NCBI GenBank assembly: GCA_963701815.1
Contig: CAVPBN010000003.1
Location: 152,081 to 216,080, forward strand
Source: an uncultured Alphaproteobacteria bacterium
Lineage (GTDB): Bacteria; Pseudomonadota; Alphaproteobacteria; ATCC43930; CGMCC-115725
DNA: 64,000 nucleotides
Reading direction: 5' to 3'
Shown here: positions 1 through 9,236 of the stretch, piece by piece
Position numbering within the stretch: the first letter of the stretch is position 1
Layout of the letters: each line of letters starts with the position of its first letter
Program-made: the position numbers and the translations under genes
Notes under the pieces: generated by a model
Database searches by the model: none
The model's input: only the letters and a program-made list of their open reading frames with translations
What the model was told of the DNA's origin: nothing

Positions 1-461
1 ATCACGCTGAAGGTCGGATCGAACATCCATTTCCAGGCCAGGGTCGACAGCACGGTCGGAATGATGAAGGGCAGCAGGATAAAGGCGCGGGTAAGCGCCT
101 TGCCCCTGAAGTGGCGGTTGAGCAGCACCGCCAGCCACAGGCCCAGCGCGAGCTTGAACACGGTTGCGACAAACGTGTAGACGCAGGTGTTCCACACCGC
201 GACACGAAAGATGCCGTCCTGCCAGACGTTTACAAAATTCTGCAATCCGACGAAATTGCCGGGGACCCCGACCCTGGCGTCGGTCACCGACAGCATCACG
301 CCTTTGACGAACGGGTAAGCGATAAACAGGCCGAGCAGCGCCACCGTCGGCAACAGCAGCAGCGTTGCCAGCCAGCGCTCGTCTTCGAGCAGCCGGGTGA
401 TCGGCCCACGTCTCGGCGACCCGACATAGGCCCTCGGAGCGGCGACGGTGGTGAAAGTCAT
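1..461 (-). CDS. Sugar-type ABC transporter permease (MalF/UgpA-like); the C-terminal part runs off the left edge
   Basis: Minus-strand frame from ATG (complement of 459-461) reads MTFTTVAAPRAYVGSPRRGPITRLLEDERWLATLLLLPTVALLGLFIAYPFVKGV...FILLPFIIPTVLSTLAWKWMFDP. This is a typical CUT1 permease N-terminus. It lies 31 nt downstream of the binding-protein gene. It is absent from the ORF track because it is open at the window edge. Confidence 0.8.
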   Translation of the reverse strand, partial: MTFTTVAAPRAYVGSPRRGPITRLLEDERWLATLLLLPTVALLGLFIAYPFVKGVMLSVTDARVGVPGNFVGLQNFVNVWQDGIFRVAVWNTCVYTFVATVFKLALGLWLAVLLNRHFRGKALTRAFILLPFIIPTVLSTLAWKWMFDPTFSV

Positions 462-492
462 TTCTGGGTCTCCAAGCCGGGCGAGACTGAGG

Positions 493-1818
493 TCACGAAT
501 AGACCTTCACCAATTCGTCATGCGCCCATTTGACCGCGTCCTCGGGCTTCATGCCCTGGACCGCCTTGGCGTACATGTCGACGATGATGTACTTGGTCTG
601 GGCCTCGGCGGCCTTCTGGCTCGGCGGCCCGGCATAGCCCATCAGGCGTCCGCTGTTCGGCAGGTCCCTGAACGGTTTCAGCACCGGATCGACGTCCCAT
701 ACCGGGTCCTTTTCCCAGTACTTCGTAGCGCCGTCGGTATAGCCCTGCTGCGAGGTGAACCATTCCTCGAACACCGGCTTCGAATTGACCCAACGCAGGA
801 AATCCTTGGCCGCCTTCTGGTTCTTCGAATAACCCATCAGCATGTGAATGAACGGGCCGGGAAGTGCGAAATGCCCGGCGGCGCCGGCGCCGAGCGGGGC
901 GTGCGAGATGTCGTCCTTCATCGGCGTGCCCTTGTCGGTCAGATAGGTGTTGGGCTTCTTTTTGGCTTCGAGGTAGATCGAGGCGCCGTTGTTGGTGGCG
1001 GCGATGGTGCCGGCGAGAAAGGCGCGGTTGTTGCTCGAATCGTCCCAGGCCAATCCGCCCGGATCGAAGCAATCGTTCCAGAACGGGACCGCGAACTTGA
1101 CCAACTCGACGGTCTCCTTGCTGTTCAATGCGACGGTCTTGCCGTCGGCCTCGACCTCCTTGCCGCCCCACGACCACAGATAGGGGTACCAGAAGCCGGG
1201 CGCGTCGCCGAAGGTATGGCCCAGCGTCTGCCCGATCGGATGGCCGGCGGCCTTCCATTTCTTGCCGGCGTCGCGCCAATCGTCCCAGGTCACCGGGAAC
1301 TTTTCATAGCCGATGTCGGCGAGCCAGGATTTGCGGTAGACGACGAGCCCGCCGCCGATCGCCCAGGGCACCCCGATCCATTTTCCCTGATAGATGCCGA
1401 CGGCCTTGCACATGTCGTAATAGCCGCCCTGCGCGTTGCCGATCTCCTCGGTGACGTCGCTGACGTCGGCGAGGCTGGTGGCGTAGAGTTGCGGCCAGTT
1501 GTTGAGCGCCATGATGATGTCGGCGCCGCTGCCCGACTGGATCGACGAGGTGACGCGAGCCTGGATGTCGTTGCCGTTGATGGTCTCGAACTGGATCTTG
1601 ATGCCGAGCGCCTTCTCGCCCGCCGGCACGATACTGCTCCGCAGGACCTTGTCGGAAGCGGGAACGAAATCCGACCAGCGTACCCAGTGGATGGTGGTTC
1701 CCTGGGCATAGGCGGGCGCCCGCCCCGAGGCGAGGATGCCGGCGAGGCCGCCGCTGCCGGCGGCGATGGCGCCGGCGCCGGATAGTTTCAAAAGCCTGCG
1801 CCGACCGATCCGAACCAT
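493..1818 (-). CDS. ABC transporter substrate-binding protein (family 1, sugar type) with a Tat-like signal peptide
   Basis: 441-aa ORF. N-terminus MVRIGRRRLLKLSGAGAIAAGSGGLAGILASGRAPAYAQ (twin-Arg plus AxA site). The body has typical extracellular solute-binding family 1 composition and sits next to a permease gene. Confidence 0.85.
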   Translation of the reverse strand: MVRIGRRRLLKLSGAGAIAAGSGGLAGILASGRAPAYAQGTTIHWVRWSDFVPASDKVLRSSIVPAGEKALGIKIQFETINGNDIQARVTSSIQSGSGADIIMALNNWPQLYATSLADVSDVTEEIGNAQGGYYDMCKAVGIYQGKWIGVPWAIGGGLVVYRKSWLADIGYEKFPVTWDDWRDAGKKWKAAGHPIGQTLGHTFGDAPGFWYPYLWSWGGKEVEADGKTVALNSKETVELVKFAVPFWNDCFDPGGLAWDDSSNNRAFLAGTIAATNNGASIYLEAKKKPNTYLTDKGTPMKDDISHAPLGAGAAGHFALPGPFIHMLMGYSKNQKAAKDFLRWVNSKPVFEEWFTSQQGYTDGATKYWEKDPVWDVDPVLKPFRDLPNSGRLMGYAGPPSQKAAEAQTKYIIVDMYAKAVQGMKPEDAVKWAHDELVKVYS

Positions 1819-2010
1819 CGCTACCCTCCCCAGCGTGCAGCCGATTGCCGCTTACCAGCGGGATGTTTAGAGCCAAGCGTTATCCGGTACAAGCCGGATC
1901 GACCCGCAGGAACCGCAGCAGTGCGATCTTCGGCGCTGCACCAATATCGTCCAATATCCGTCAAAACGGCGCGCCAAAAAAGCCGCTCGCCAACTGGCGC
2001 GACGCCCCGA

Positions 2011-2706
2011 TCAGGTGCGCAGCAGCTCCAGAAACCGTGCCGCCATATCGATCTCCGCGGCCAGCCCCCGGCGGCGCTCGACCTGCTCGGTGTCCTCGCC
2101 CCAGGCCTCGATCTGAAACTCTTCGTCGAGCTGCGAGGCGGCGAAGGCTGCGGTCGCGTCGAGACGACCCTCGATCAAGGCCAAGCCGATGACCAGCGAG
2201 CCGCAGGCGGCGGTGGCGGCGTGCAAGACGGTCAGGGCATAGTCGTCCTGCCCGGCGACCGCCGCCTCCAGCGCCTGTACGCCGGCCGGCGGTTGGCCGA
2301 CGGGCATCACTCCGCTCGTGACTTCGAGCCGTGCGTCGTAGTGCTGCACCGCCCAGTCGACGAGCGGCTGCCACACCGCCTGCTGACGCGCCGCCAGCGC
2401 CGGCGGATGGGCGGCGCGATAGCAGACGAGATCGGTCCCGGCGTAATCGGCGATCTGCCGCACGACCGCGGCGCGCATCGTCGGGTCGCGATCGATCGTA
2501 GCGCCGGCGAGGCGGGTCAACGGCATCGTTGCGGGACGGATCTCGCCCTGCTGCGCCTCCCATTCGGCCGCGAGCGCCGCCGCCAGGGCCGCGCTCGGCA
2601 CCGTCAGATCGCATTTCCCCGGCGTCTTTACCGGCCTGCCGTCGAGGGCGACGCCATGACCGGACGGTACGGATACGACATCGGCTCGCCGGTAGAAGCG
2701 CTTCAT
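2011..2706 (-). CDS. ATP12 family chaperone (F1-ATPase assembly factor 2-like)
   Basis: 231 aa starting MKRFYRRADVV. It shows the conserved alphaproteobacterial ATP12 pattern (GVALDGRPVKTP..LTVPS..LA.A.A.EW..Q, CYRA). Its start overlaps the upstream gene stop (ATGA at 2703-2706). Confidence 0.8.
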   Translation of the reverse strand: MKRFYRRADVVSVPSGHGVALDGRPVKTPGKCDLTVPSAALAAALAAEWEAQQGEIRPATMPLTRLAGATIDRDPTMRAAVVRQIADYAGTDLVCYRAAHPPALAARQQAVWQPLVDWAVQHYDARLEVTSGVMPVGQPPAGVQALEAAVAGQDDYALTVLHAATAACGSLVIGLALIEGRLDATAAFAASQLDEEFQIEAWGEDTEQVERRRGLAAEIDMAARFLELLRT

Positions 2707-3686
2707 CTCGGCTGGTCGATGTCGGCAAACGCCTCCTCGGCATCGTCGGCAAAGCCGAAGAACTCCCAGGTCTGCCGCATATGAGCGGGAAGCGGCGCCG
2801 CGATCCGCAGGGTGCCGCCCTGCGGATTGGGGATCGTCAGCGCCCGGGCGTGAAGATGCAGCCGGCGCGAGGCCGGCACGGCGGCGAGATGCGGCGCGTC
2901 GCCGCCGTATTTGGCGTCGCCGAGGATCGGTACGCCGATCGCGGCGCAATGCGCGCGCAGCTGATGGGTGCGACCGGTGACCGGCAGCAGGGCGAGCCAG
3001 CTGGCCCGCCCGCCGGCGCTGTCGACGAGGCGATAATCGGTGACGGCGTGCCGGCCTTCCTCCGGGTCGGCGCGGACGCGTTCGCCGCCGGCGCCGCCGC
3101 GCTTGGCCAGGGCCAGGTTGATCCGCCCCCGCGCCGGTTTCGGCAGCCCGACGACGATCGCCCAGTACAATTTGCGCGTCGTCTTTTCGCGGAAGGCGCG
3201 GGTCAGAAATGCCGCGGCCGCAGCGGTGCGGGCGAGGACCAGCACTCCGCTCGTCTCCTTGTCGAGCCGGTGAACCAGACGCGGCCGCTCGGCATGGCCG
3301 AAGCGCAGCCCGTCGAGCATCCCGTCGAGATGCCGCTCGGTCCGGGTCCCGCCCTGTACGGCGAGACCAGGCGGCTTGTCGAGCACGATCATCGCCTCGT
3401 CGCGATGCAGAACCAGCCGCTGCAGCTCGGCCTCGTCCTCGGGGCTGACCCTCGCGGGCGGCTGCGTCCGCGCGGCGTCGATCAATTGCGGCAGGCGGAT
3501 TTCCTGGCCGGCGGCGAGCCGGTCTCCGGCGCGCGCCCGCTTGCCGTCGACCCTGATCTGCCCGGTGCGCAGCAGTTTTTCGAGCCGGCCGTGAGCCAGC
3601 GCCGGATAATGGCGTTTGAACCAGCGGTCGAGCCGCAACGGCCCGTCCGCTTCGCCGATCGTGATCGTCTCGACCGAATTCGTCAT
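2703..3686 (-). CDS. RluA/RluC-family 23S rRNA pseudouridine synthase with an N-terminal S4-like domain
   Basis: 327 aa from MTNSVETITIGE. Catalytic motif HRLDKETSGVLVLAR is present, followed by YWAIV and GRTHQLR motifs. ATGA overlap with the rarA stop at 3683-3686. Confidence 0.9.
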   Translation of the reverse strand: MTNSVETITIGEADGPLRLDRWFKRHYPALAHGRLEKLLRTGQIRVDGKRARAGDRLAAGQEIRLPQLIDAARTQPPARVSPEDEAELQRLVLHRDEAMIVLDKPPGLAVQGGTRTERHLDGMLDGLRFGHAERPRLVHRLDKETSGVLVLARTAAAAAFLTRAFREKTTRKLYWAIVVGLPKPARGRINLALAKRGGAGGERVRADPEEGRHAVTDYRLVDSAGGRASWLALLPVTGRTHQLRAHCAAIGVPILGDAKYGGDAPHLAAVPASRRLHLHARALTIPNPQGGTLRIAAPLPAHMRQTWEFFGFADDAEEAFADIDQPR

Positions 3687-4982
3687 GGCGGCGCCGCGGC
3701 GTTGCGCCGGCGAAGCGCGTCCCAGTAGTCGAGCCGCTTTTTGACCTCGCGCTCGAAGCCGCGCTCGCTTGGCCGGTAGAAGATACGCCGCGCGGTCCCG
3801 TCGGGAAAGTAGTTCTGGCCCGAAAAACCCTCTTCGGTCGCGTGGTCGTAGACATAGCCCTTGCCGTAGCCGAGGTTGCGCATCAACCGCGTCGGCGCAT
3901 TCAGGATGTGCATCGGCGGCATCAGCGAGCCGGTGTCGCGGGCCATCCGGCCGGCTTCGCCAAAGGCGGTGTAGACGGCATTCGATTTCGGCGCGGTCGC
4001 CAGGTAGATCACGCATTGGGCGATCGCCAGCTCGCCCTCGGGCGAACCCAGCCGATCATAGGCGTCCCAGGCGGCGAGCGCCTGGGCCACCGCCTGCGGG
4101 TCGGCGAGGCCGATATCCTCGACCGCCGCCCGGGTCAGCCGCCGCAGGATGTAGATCGGGTCTTCGCCGCCGGCCAGCATCCGCGCCAGCCAATAGAGCG
4201 CCGCATCGGTATCGGAGCCGCGCAGCGATTTGTGCAACGCGCTGATCAGATTGTAGTGGCCTTCCTGGGCCTTGTCGTAAAGCGGCGCGCGGCGCTGCAC
4301 GAGTTCGGCCAGTTGCTGCGGTCCGAGCGCGGCGTCGATCCGGCAGGCGGGCGATCTCCTCGACCAGGTTGAACAGAAAGCGGCCGTCGCCGTCGGCCAT
4401 CGCGCGCAGCGCGGCGCGCGCCTCGCCGGTCAGCGGCAGGTCGCACCCGAGCGCCTGCTCGGCCCGACGCAGCAAGGCTTCGAGGTCGTCGTCGCCGAGC
4501 CGGCGCAGCACGAACACCTGGGCGCGCGACAGCAAGGCGCCGATCAGCTCGAAGGACGGATTTTCGGTCGTCGCCCCGACCAGGACCACGGTGCCGTCCT
4601 CGACAACCGGCAGAAACGCGTCCTGCTGGGCCCGGTTGAAGCGGTGGATCTCGTCGACGAAGAGCAAAGTCCCATGGCCGATCGCGCGCCGCTTTTTTGC
4701 CGCGTCGAACACCTTGCGCAATTCTGCGACCCCGGAAAACACCGCCGATAATGCTTCGAAATGAAGATCGGTGCCCTCGGCCAGGAGCCGAGCGATCGTC
4801 GTCTTGCCGCAGCCGGGCGGCCCCCAGAGGACCATCGAGGACAATTGCCGGCGCGCCACCATATGCCCGATCGGGCCGTTCGGGCCGATCAGATGGTCCT
4901 GGCCGACGATGTCGGCGAGCCGCCGCGGCCGCAGCCGGTCGGCGAGCGGATGAGGCGCCTGGGTCTCGAACAGCGTACTCAT
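3683..4982 (-). pseudogene. rarA: Replication-associated recombination protein A (RarA/MgsA), split by one frame change near 4339-4346
   Basis: ORF 4056-4982 carries Walker A GPPGCGKTT and Walker B LLFVDEIHRF. ORF 3683-4300 carries the conserved C-terminal half (RRAPLYDKAQEGHYNLISALHKSLRGSD...YLATAPKSNAVY...). The two frames join as ..EEIARLP / IDAALGPQQLAELVQRRAPLYDK. Confidence 0.9.
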
Positions 4983-5139
4983 TCGCGTGAAGATATGGGC
5001 GGCAAGGCGCTGCGCGCAAACCAGCCCCTTTCTCGTCCCCTGGGGCGGCCTTGCCTATGAAAAGGGGACCATCGATAGGAATTTTGGATCGCTTACCGAA
5101 AAATCGGCGGCGCATGCCGCCGGCGCGTTTCGCGTTGTT

Positions 5140-5565
5140 TCATGCGGCCTCGATGACGATGCCCATGCGCTTGCCCAGAACACGAAGCGCGGCATCGACC
5201 TTATCGATCCGACTTTGGCGCAGCGGGTCGCGGAGGAGCCGCACCGTTTTTTCATCCGTACCGAGCTGCCGCGCCAAAGCCAGGTTCGAGACCCCGGCGG
5301 CGATCATCGCGTCATGCAATGCCAGCTTTGCCGCAACGAGGGGGGGCACGTAAGCGGTAGGGCTGCGGTTTGCCGAGGATGGATGCGGCAACGGTTCGGA
5401 GCGGTCGGTGTAAAACGAAAGAGCGGTCAACAGCGCATCCTCTGCCATTGCCGCAGCCTCTTGCTCGGTATCGCCCTGCGTGATCGCCTCCGGGACGTCC
5501 GGAAACGTAACGGTAAAACCGCCCTCGGGCTGAGGCTGCAACTCGTAGGGATAGGCGTAGCGCAT
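5140..5565 (-). CDS. hicB: HicB-family antitoxin with a C-terminal HTH domain
   Basis: 141 aa from MRYAYPYELQPQPEGGFTVTFPDVPEAITQGDTEQEA (HicB fold signature). The C-terminal part (GVSNLALARQLGTDEKTVRLL) is an HTH. It lies 5 nt downstream of hicA. Confidence 0.85.
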   Translation of the reverse strand: MRYAYPYELQPQPEGGFTVTFPDVPEAITQGDTEQEAAAMAEDALLTALSFYTDRSEPLPHPSSANRSPTAYVPPLVAAKLALHDAMIAAGVSNLALARQLGTDEKTVRLLRDPLRQSRIDKVDAALRVLGKRMGIVIEAA

Positions 5566-5570
5566 TCCGG

Positions 5571-5780
5571 TTATTCCTCGATGTCCTCGGGTTTCAGCCC
5601 GACTTGCTTTAAGATGCCGTGCAGCGTTCCCGTCTTCAGGTCCGTCGGATGCCGCCCTACGACCGAACGCCGGCCGGCAAGCGCGACCTTCGTATGGTTC
5701 TTGCCCTCCGACATCTCGAAATCCAGGCCGCGCCTCGCGGCAAGCCGGCGTAAACGCCGCAACAGCTCGGCCGGCTTCAT
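5571..5780 (-). CDS. hicA: HicA-family mRNA interferase toxin
   Basis: 69 aa, MKPAELLRRLRRLAARRGLDFEMSEGKNHTKV....HPTDLKTGTLHGILKQVGL. This is the YcfA/HicA pattern, and the gene sits upstream of hicB as in canonical hicAB loci. Confidence 0.85.
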   Translation of the reverse strand: MKPAELLRRLRRLAARRGLDFEMSEGKNHTKVALAGRRSVVGRHPTDLKTGTLHGILKQVGLKPEDIEE

Positions 5781-5810
5781 TACTCAATTTCGGACATACA
5801 TGTCGGTTTA

Positions 5811-6512
5811 TCAAGAACCTGTCGACCGTATGGGCGCGCATTTCAGCCCCTCGCCGAACACTTGATCGAAACCGGGTCGCAGCACCGCGTCGATTTCGGC
5901 CATGGTCGCGGCGACGCCGAGGGCGGCGAGCGAGGTCACGCCGTACCCGGATTTTTCCGGGGCGTTGCCGCAAGGGATGATGCCGCGGTAATGGCCGAGG
6001 TCGGGATCGATGTTGAGCGCCATGCCGTGATAGGTCACCCAGCGCCGCACCCGCACGCCGATCGCGGCGATCTTGTCCTCATGGGCGCCGTGCGCGACCC
6101 AGACGCCGACGCGGCCCGGCCGGCGCTCGCCCTTGACCGCGAAATGCGCCAGCGTCCGGATCACCCACTCCTCGAGATGGTGGACGTAGCAATGCACATC
6201 TTCGCCGCGGCGGGCGAGATCGAGCATGACGTAGCCGACCCGCTGGCCGGGGCCGTGATAGGTGAAGCGGCCGCCGCGGCCGGCGCGGTGGACCGGCAGC
6301 CGGTGCGGGTCGAGCAACTCCTCGTCGCGCGCGCTGGTCCCCGCGGTGTAGAGCGGCGGGTGTTCGAGCAGCCAGACGAGTTCGGCGGCGGCGCCGGCGC
6401 GTATTGCGGCGACCCGCCGTTCCATCTCCTCGATCGCCGTCTCGTACGGCACCGCCGCGGCGCTCGTACGCCACTCGATGCCACCCGTCTCGGCGCCTGC
6501 CCCGACATCCAT
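5811..6512 (-). CDS. lipB: Lipoyl(octanoyl) transferase
   Basis: 233 aa with [40 protein letters not shown]. These are classic LipB motifs. Confidence 0.9.
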   Translation of the reverse strand: MDVGAGAETGGIEWRTSAAAVPYETAIEEMERRVAAIRAGAAAELVWLLEHPPLYTAGTSARDEELLDPHRLPVHRAGRGGRFTYHGPGQRVGYVMLDLARRGEDVHCYVHHLEEWVIRTLAHFAVKGERRPGRVGVWVAHGAHEDKIAAIGVRVRRWVTYHGMALNIDPDLGHYRGIIPCGNAPEKSGYGVTSLAALGVAATMAEIDAVLRPGFDQVFGEGLKCAPIRSTGS

Positions 6513-6561
6513 GCTGCTTGATATGGTAGCCCGGATTTGCTAATCACGCCGCCCCTGTCAT

Positions 6562-6648
6562 GCGGTCGTGGCGGAATTGGTAGACGCGCAGCGTTGAGGT
6601 CGCTGTGGGGGAAACTCCGTGGAAGTTCGAGTCTTCTCGACCGCACCA
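6562..6648 (+). tRNA. tRNA-Leu (anticodon GAG), 87 nt including the encoded CCA
   Basis: The GCGGTCG acceptor arm pairs with CGACCGC. D-arm is GGAATTGGTAGAC. Anticodon stem is CAGCG/CGCTG with loop TTGAGGT. There is a long variable arm, a T-arm GGTTCGAGTC-like sequence (GAAGTTCGAGTCTTC) and a terminal ACCA. Confidence 0.9.
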
Positions 6649-6753
6649 AGCCGCCCGCACGCTACCGCTCAGCGCCCGCGACCGCATTGCGCCATTATGC
6701 CTGATCCCGACCGGGCTTGACCCGGCGGGCCGCGACTTCCTACCCTCGCCCGC

Positions 6754-7926
6754 ATGCAGAATACCCGGCTTGCCTCGCTCGATTTCGATCTCGGCTCCGA
6801 GATCGACATGCTGCGGGATTCGGTGCGCGACTTTGCCGGGGAGCATATCGCACCGCTCGCCGCCGAGATCGACCGCAATGACCGGTTTCCGATCGAGCTG
6901 TGGCCCGAGATGGGCGCCCTCGGTCTGCACGGGATCACCGTCGAGGAGGAATTCGGCGGCGCCGGCATGGGCTATCTCGCCCATTGCGTGGCGATGGAGG
7001 AGGTCAGCCGCGCCTCGGCCTCGGTCGGGCTGTCCTACGGCGCGCACTCGAACCTCTGCGTCAACCAGATCCGCCGCAACGGCGACGAGGCGCAAAAACG
7101 CCGGTATCTGCCGAAGCTGATCTCCGGCGAGCATGTCGGCGCCTTGGCGATGAGCGAGCCGGAGGCGGGTTCGGATGTCGTCTCGATGCGGCTGCGGGCC
7201 GACAAGCGCGGCGGCCATTGGGTGCTGAACGGCACCAAGCTGTGGATCACCAACGGCCAGGTCGCCGACACCCTGGTGGTCTACGCCAAGACCCGGCCCG
7301 ATGCCGGCGCGCGCGGCATCACCGCGTTTCTGATCGAGAAGGGGTTTCCCGGCTTTCGTCCGGGGCAAAAGCTCGACAAACTGGGCATGCGCGGCTCGCC
7401 GACCTCGGAACTGGTGTTCGAGGATTGCCAGGTGCCCGAGGAAAACGTGCTCGGCCGGGTCGATCACGGCGTGCAGGTGCTGATGAGCGGGCTCGATTAC
7501 GAGCGCGCCGTGCTCGCCGCCGGCCCGCTCGGCATCATGCAGGCCTGCCTCGACCTGGTGATCCCCTACATCCACGATCGTCGGCAGTTCGGCCAGCCGA
7601 TCGGCGAGTTCCAGCTGATCCAGGCCAAGGTCGCCGACATGTATACCGGCATGAACGCCTGCAAATCCTATGTCTACGCCGTAGCGCGCGCCTGCGACCG
7701 CGGCCTGACGACGCGCAAGGACGCCGCCGGCGCGATCCTCTACGCCGGCGAAAAGGCAACGGCGCTGGCGCTCGACGCGGTGCAGATCCTCGGCGGTAAC
7801 GGCTACATCAACGATTTCCCGGCCGGCAGATTGCTGCGCGACGCCAAGCTCTACGAGATCGGCGCCGGCACTTCGGAGATCCGCCGCATGCTGATCGGGC
7901 GCGAAATCTTTACCGAGACGGCGTGA
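6754..7926 (+). CDS. ivd: Isovaleryl-CoA dehydrogenase
   Basis: 390 aa. Acyl-CoA dehydrogenase motifs are present ([37 protein letters not shown]), with overall IVD-type sequence. Confidence 0.85.
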   Translation: MQNTRLASLDFDLGSEIDMLRDSVRDFAGEHIAPLAAEIDRNDRFPIELWPEMGALGLHGITVEEEFGGAGMGYLAHCVAMEEVSRASASVGLSYGAHSNLCVNQIRRNGDEAQKRRYLPKLISGEHVGALAMSEPEAGSDVVSMRLRADKRGGHWVLNGTKLWITNGQVADTLVVYAKTRPDAGARGITAFLIEKGFPGFRPGQKLDKLGMRGSPTSELVFEDCQVPEENVLGRVDHGVQVLMSGLDYERAVLAAGPLGIMQACLDLVIPYIHDRRQFGQPIGEFQLIQAKVADMYTGMNACKSYVYAVARACDRGLTTRKDAAGAILYAGEKATALALDAVQILGGNGYINDFPAGRLLRDAKLYEIGAGTSEIRRMLIGREIFTETA

Positions 7927-7954
7927 CCTGACGGCCCGGTGCGCCAACGCCTGG

Positions 7955-7985
7955 CCGGTGGCGGTTTTTGAAAAAAGCCGCCGGT
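7955..7985. terminator. Near-palindromic hairpin with flanking T/A runs (possible bidirectional terminator)
   Basis: GGCGGTTTTTGAAAAAAGCCGCC lies about 30 nt after the ivd stop. Confidence 0.45.
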
Positions 7986-8080
7986 CCGCCGCCGGCCATC
8001 GCGCGTTATACGCCGAGAGCCCCGTCTCGCCGAAACCGGCGCCGAGGACCATCCCTCGGAGTGCGAGGCTATGTTAGGAT

Positions 8081-9112
8081 GTGTCCGACGCAGAAGAGAC
8101 GCGTGCCGGGTGCATGAACGAGGTCGCTGGAGACGCATTATCGAGCGCGCGAGCGATGCCGCGCATGAGCGGCCGCGGCGCGTCGTTGTCGATCAGGCTG
8201 AGCGCGGTCATCGTCGCCGCCACGGTCGACGAGCCGCGGGTGCTGACCGTTCGCATCGGCCGCGAGCCGGCCGAGGCGTTGCCGTCCGGCCCGCTCGAGG
8301 TCGAGCACCGCACGCTCGAAGTCGGGTTGCGCGCCTGGGTCGAACGTCAGACCCGCGAGAAGCTCGGCTATGTCGAGCAGCTCTACACCTTTGGCGACCG
8401 CGACCGCATCGAGACCGACGACGCCCGCCCGGGCCGCGCGCTGACGGTGGCCTATCTGGCGCTGGCACGCGAGGCGGTGCTCGGCGATGCGGCGGCCTGG
8501 CAGAGCTGGTACCGCTATTTTCCGTGGGAGGATTGGCGCACCGGCAAGCCCGCGGCATTGGCGCCGCTGGAGGCGCGGCTCGGCCTCTGGGTGCAACAGG
8601 CCGCAACCGAGGCGGAGGGGCGGCTGCGCACGGAACGGCTTGGTCTCGCTTTCGGCTCGTCGCGCAACGAGGAACTGGTCCTCGAACGCTATGAATTGCT
8701 CTACGAGGCCGGTCTGATCGAGGAGCGCCAGCGCGATTTCGCCCGGTTGGCGGCGGACGGCCACCCGGTTTTCGGGGTCCCGATGGCCGCCGACCACCGC
8801 CGCATCCTGGCCACCGCAATCGGCCGGCTGCGCGGCAAGATCAAGTACCGGCCGGTCGTGTTCGAACTGATGCCGCCCGCCTTCACCTTGTTGCAGTTGC
8901 AGCGCACGGTCGAAGCCCTGTCCGGCGCACGCCTGCACAAGCAGAATTTCCGCCGGCTCGTCGAGCAGCAGGGACTGGTGGAGGAAACCGGCGGGATCAG
9001 CGCCGAGACCGGCGGCCGACCGGCCCGCCTCGTGCGCTTTCGCCGCGAGGTCCTGCTCGAGCGGCCGGCCCCCGGCCTGCGGCTTCGGGCCGGCCGGAGG
9101 GCGACGTTCTGA
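8081..9112 (+). CDS. nadQ: NadQ-type (Nudix-like plus winged-helix) transcriptional regulator of NAD biosynthesis; the start codon is uncertain
   Basis: 343-aa ORF immediately upstream of nadA. It has a degenerate Nudix-like N-terminal half and a C-terminal wHTH-like part (FTLLQLQRTVEALSG..LHKQNFRRLV). Two palindromic sites lie between it and nadA. The family assignment is from memory of comparative-genomics predictions. Confidence 0.6.
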   Translation: MSDAEETRAGCMNEVAGDALSSARAMPRMSGRGASLSIRLSAVIVAATVDEPRVLTVRIGREPAEALPSGPLEVEHRTLEVGLRAWVERQTREKLGYVEQLYTFGDRDRIETDDARPGRALTVAYLALAREAVLGDAAAWQSWYRYFPWEDWRTGKPAALAPLEARLGLWVQQAATEAEGRLRTERLGLAFGSSRNEELVLERYELLYEAGLIEERQRDFARLAADGHPVFGVPMAADHRRILATAIGRLRGKIKYRPVVFELMPPAFTLLQLQRTVEALSGARLHKQNFRRLVEQQGLVEETGGISAETGGRPARLVRFRREVLLERPAPGLRLRAGRRATF

Positions 9113-9146
9113 CGACGGCGCGATCTTGACAGCGCCGGCTTCGTCC

Positions 9147-9167
9147 TTATACTCATATCCAGCATAA
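9147..9167. promoter_or_regulatory. Candidate NadQ operator 1 (imperfect 9-3-9 palindrome)
   Basis: TTATACTCA-TAT-CCAGCATAA. Its half-sites TTATRCT match those of site 2. Confidence 0.45.
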
Positions 9168-9172
9168 CGAAA

Positions 9173-9196
9173 GGCCGGGCGGTTGCCCGGCTTTTC
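9173..9196 (+). terminator. Hairpin plus T-run between the two candidate operators
   Basis: GCCGGGC-GGTT-GCCCGGC followed by TTTT. It could terminate nadQ or attenuate nadA. Confidence 0.45.
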
Positions 9197-9206
9197 CGGA
9201 CCCGAT

Positions 9207-9227
9207 AAATGCTCACTATGAGCATAA
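9207..9227. promoter_or_regulatory. Candidate NadQ operator 2 (perfect core palindrome) abutting the nadA RBS
   Basis: AAATGCTCA-CTA-TGAGCATAA. The core ATGCTCA/TGAGCAT is perfect. It ends at the AAGGAGG RBS, 10 nt before the nadA ATG. Confidence 0.55.
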
Positions 9228-9236
9228 GGAGGCAAA

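Noticed and set aside
6562-6648. tRNA-Leu as an island integration site
   Set aside because: I saw no integrase, no duplicated tRNA 3' end and no compositional shift next to it. The flanking genes (lipB, ivd) are core metabolism.
6544-8052. 502-aa minus-strand ORF
   Set aside because: It is antisense to isovaleryl-CoA dehydrogenase and runs across the tRNA-Leu gene. It has no motifs.
9126-9153. TTGACA-16-TATACT sigma70-like promoter for nadA
   Set aside because: The sequence match is good and it overlaps operator candidate 1. However, a hairpin plus T-run lies immediately downstream (9173-9196), before nadA, so its role is ambiguous. It is not listed as a feature.
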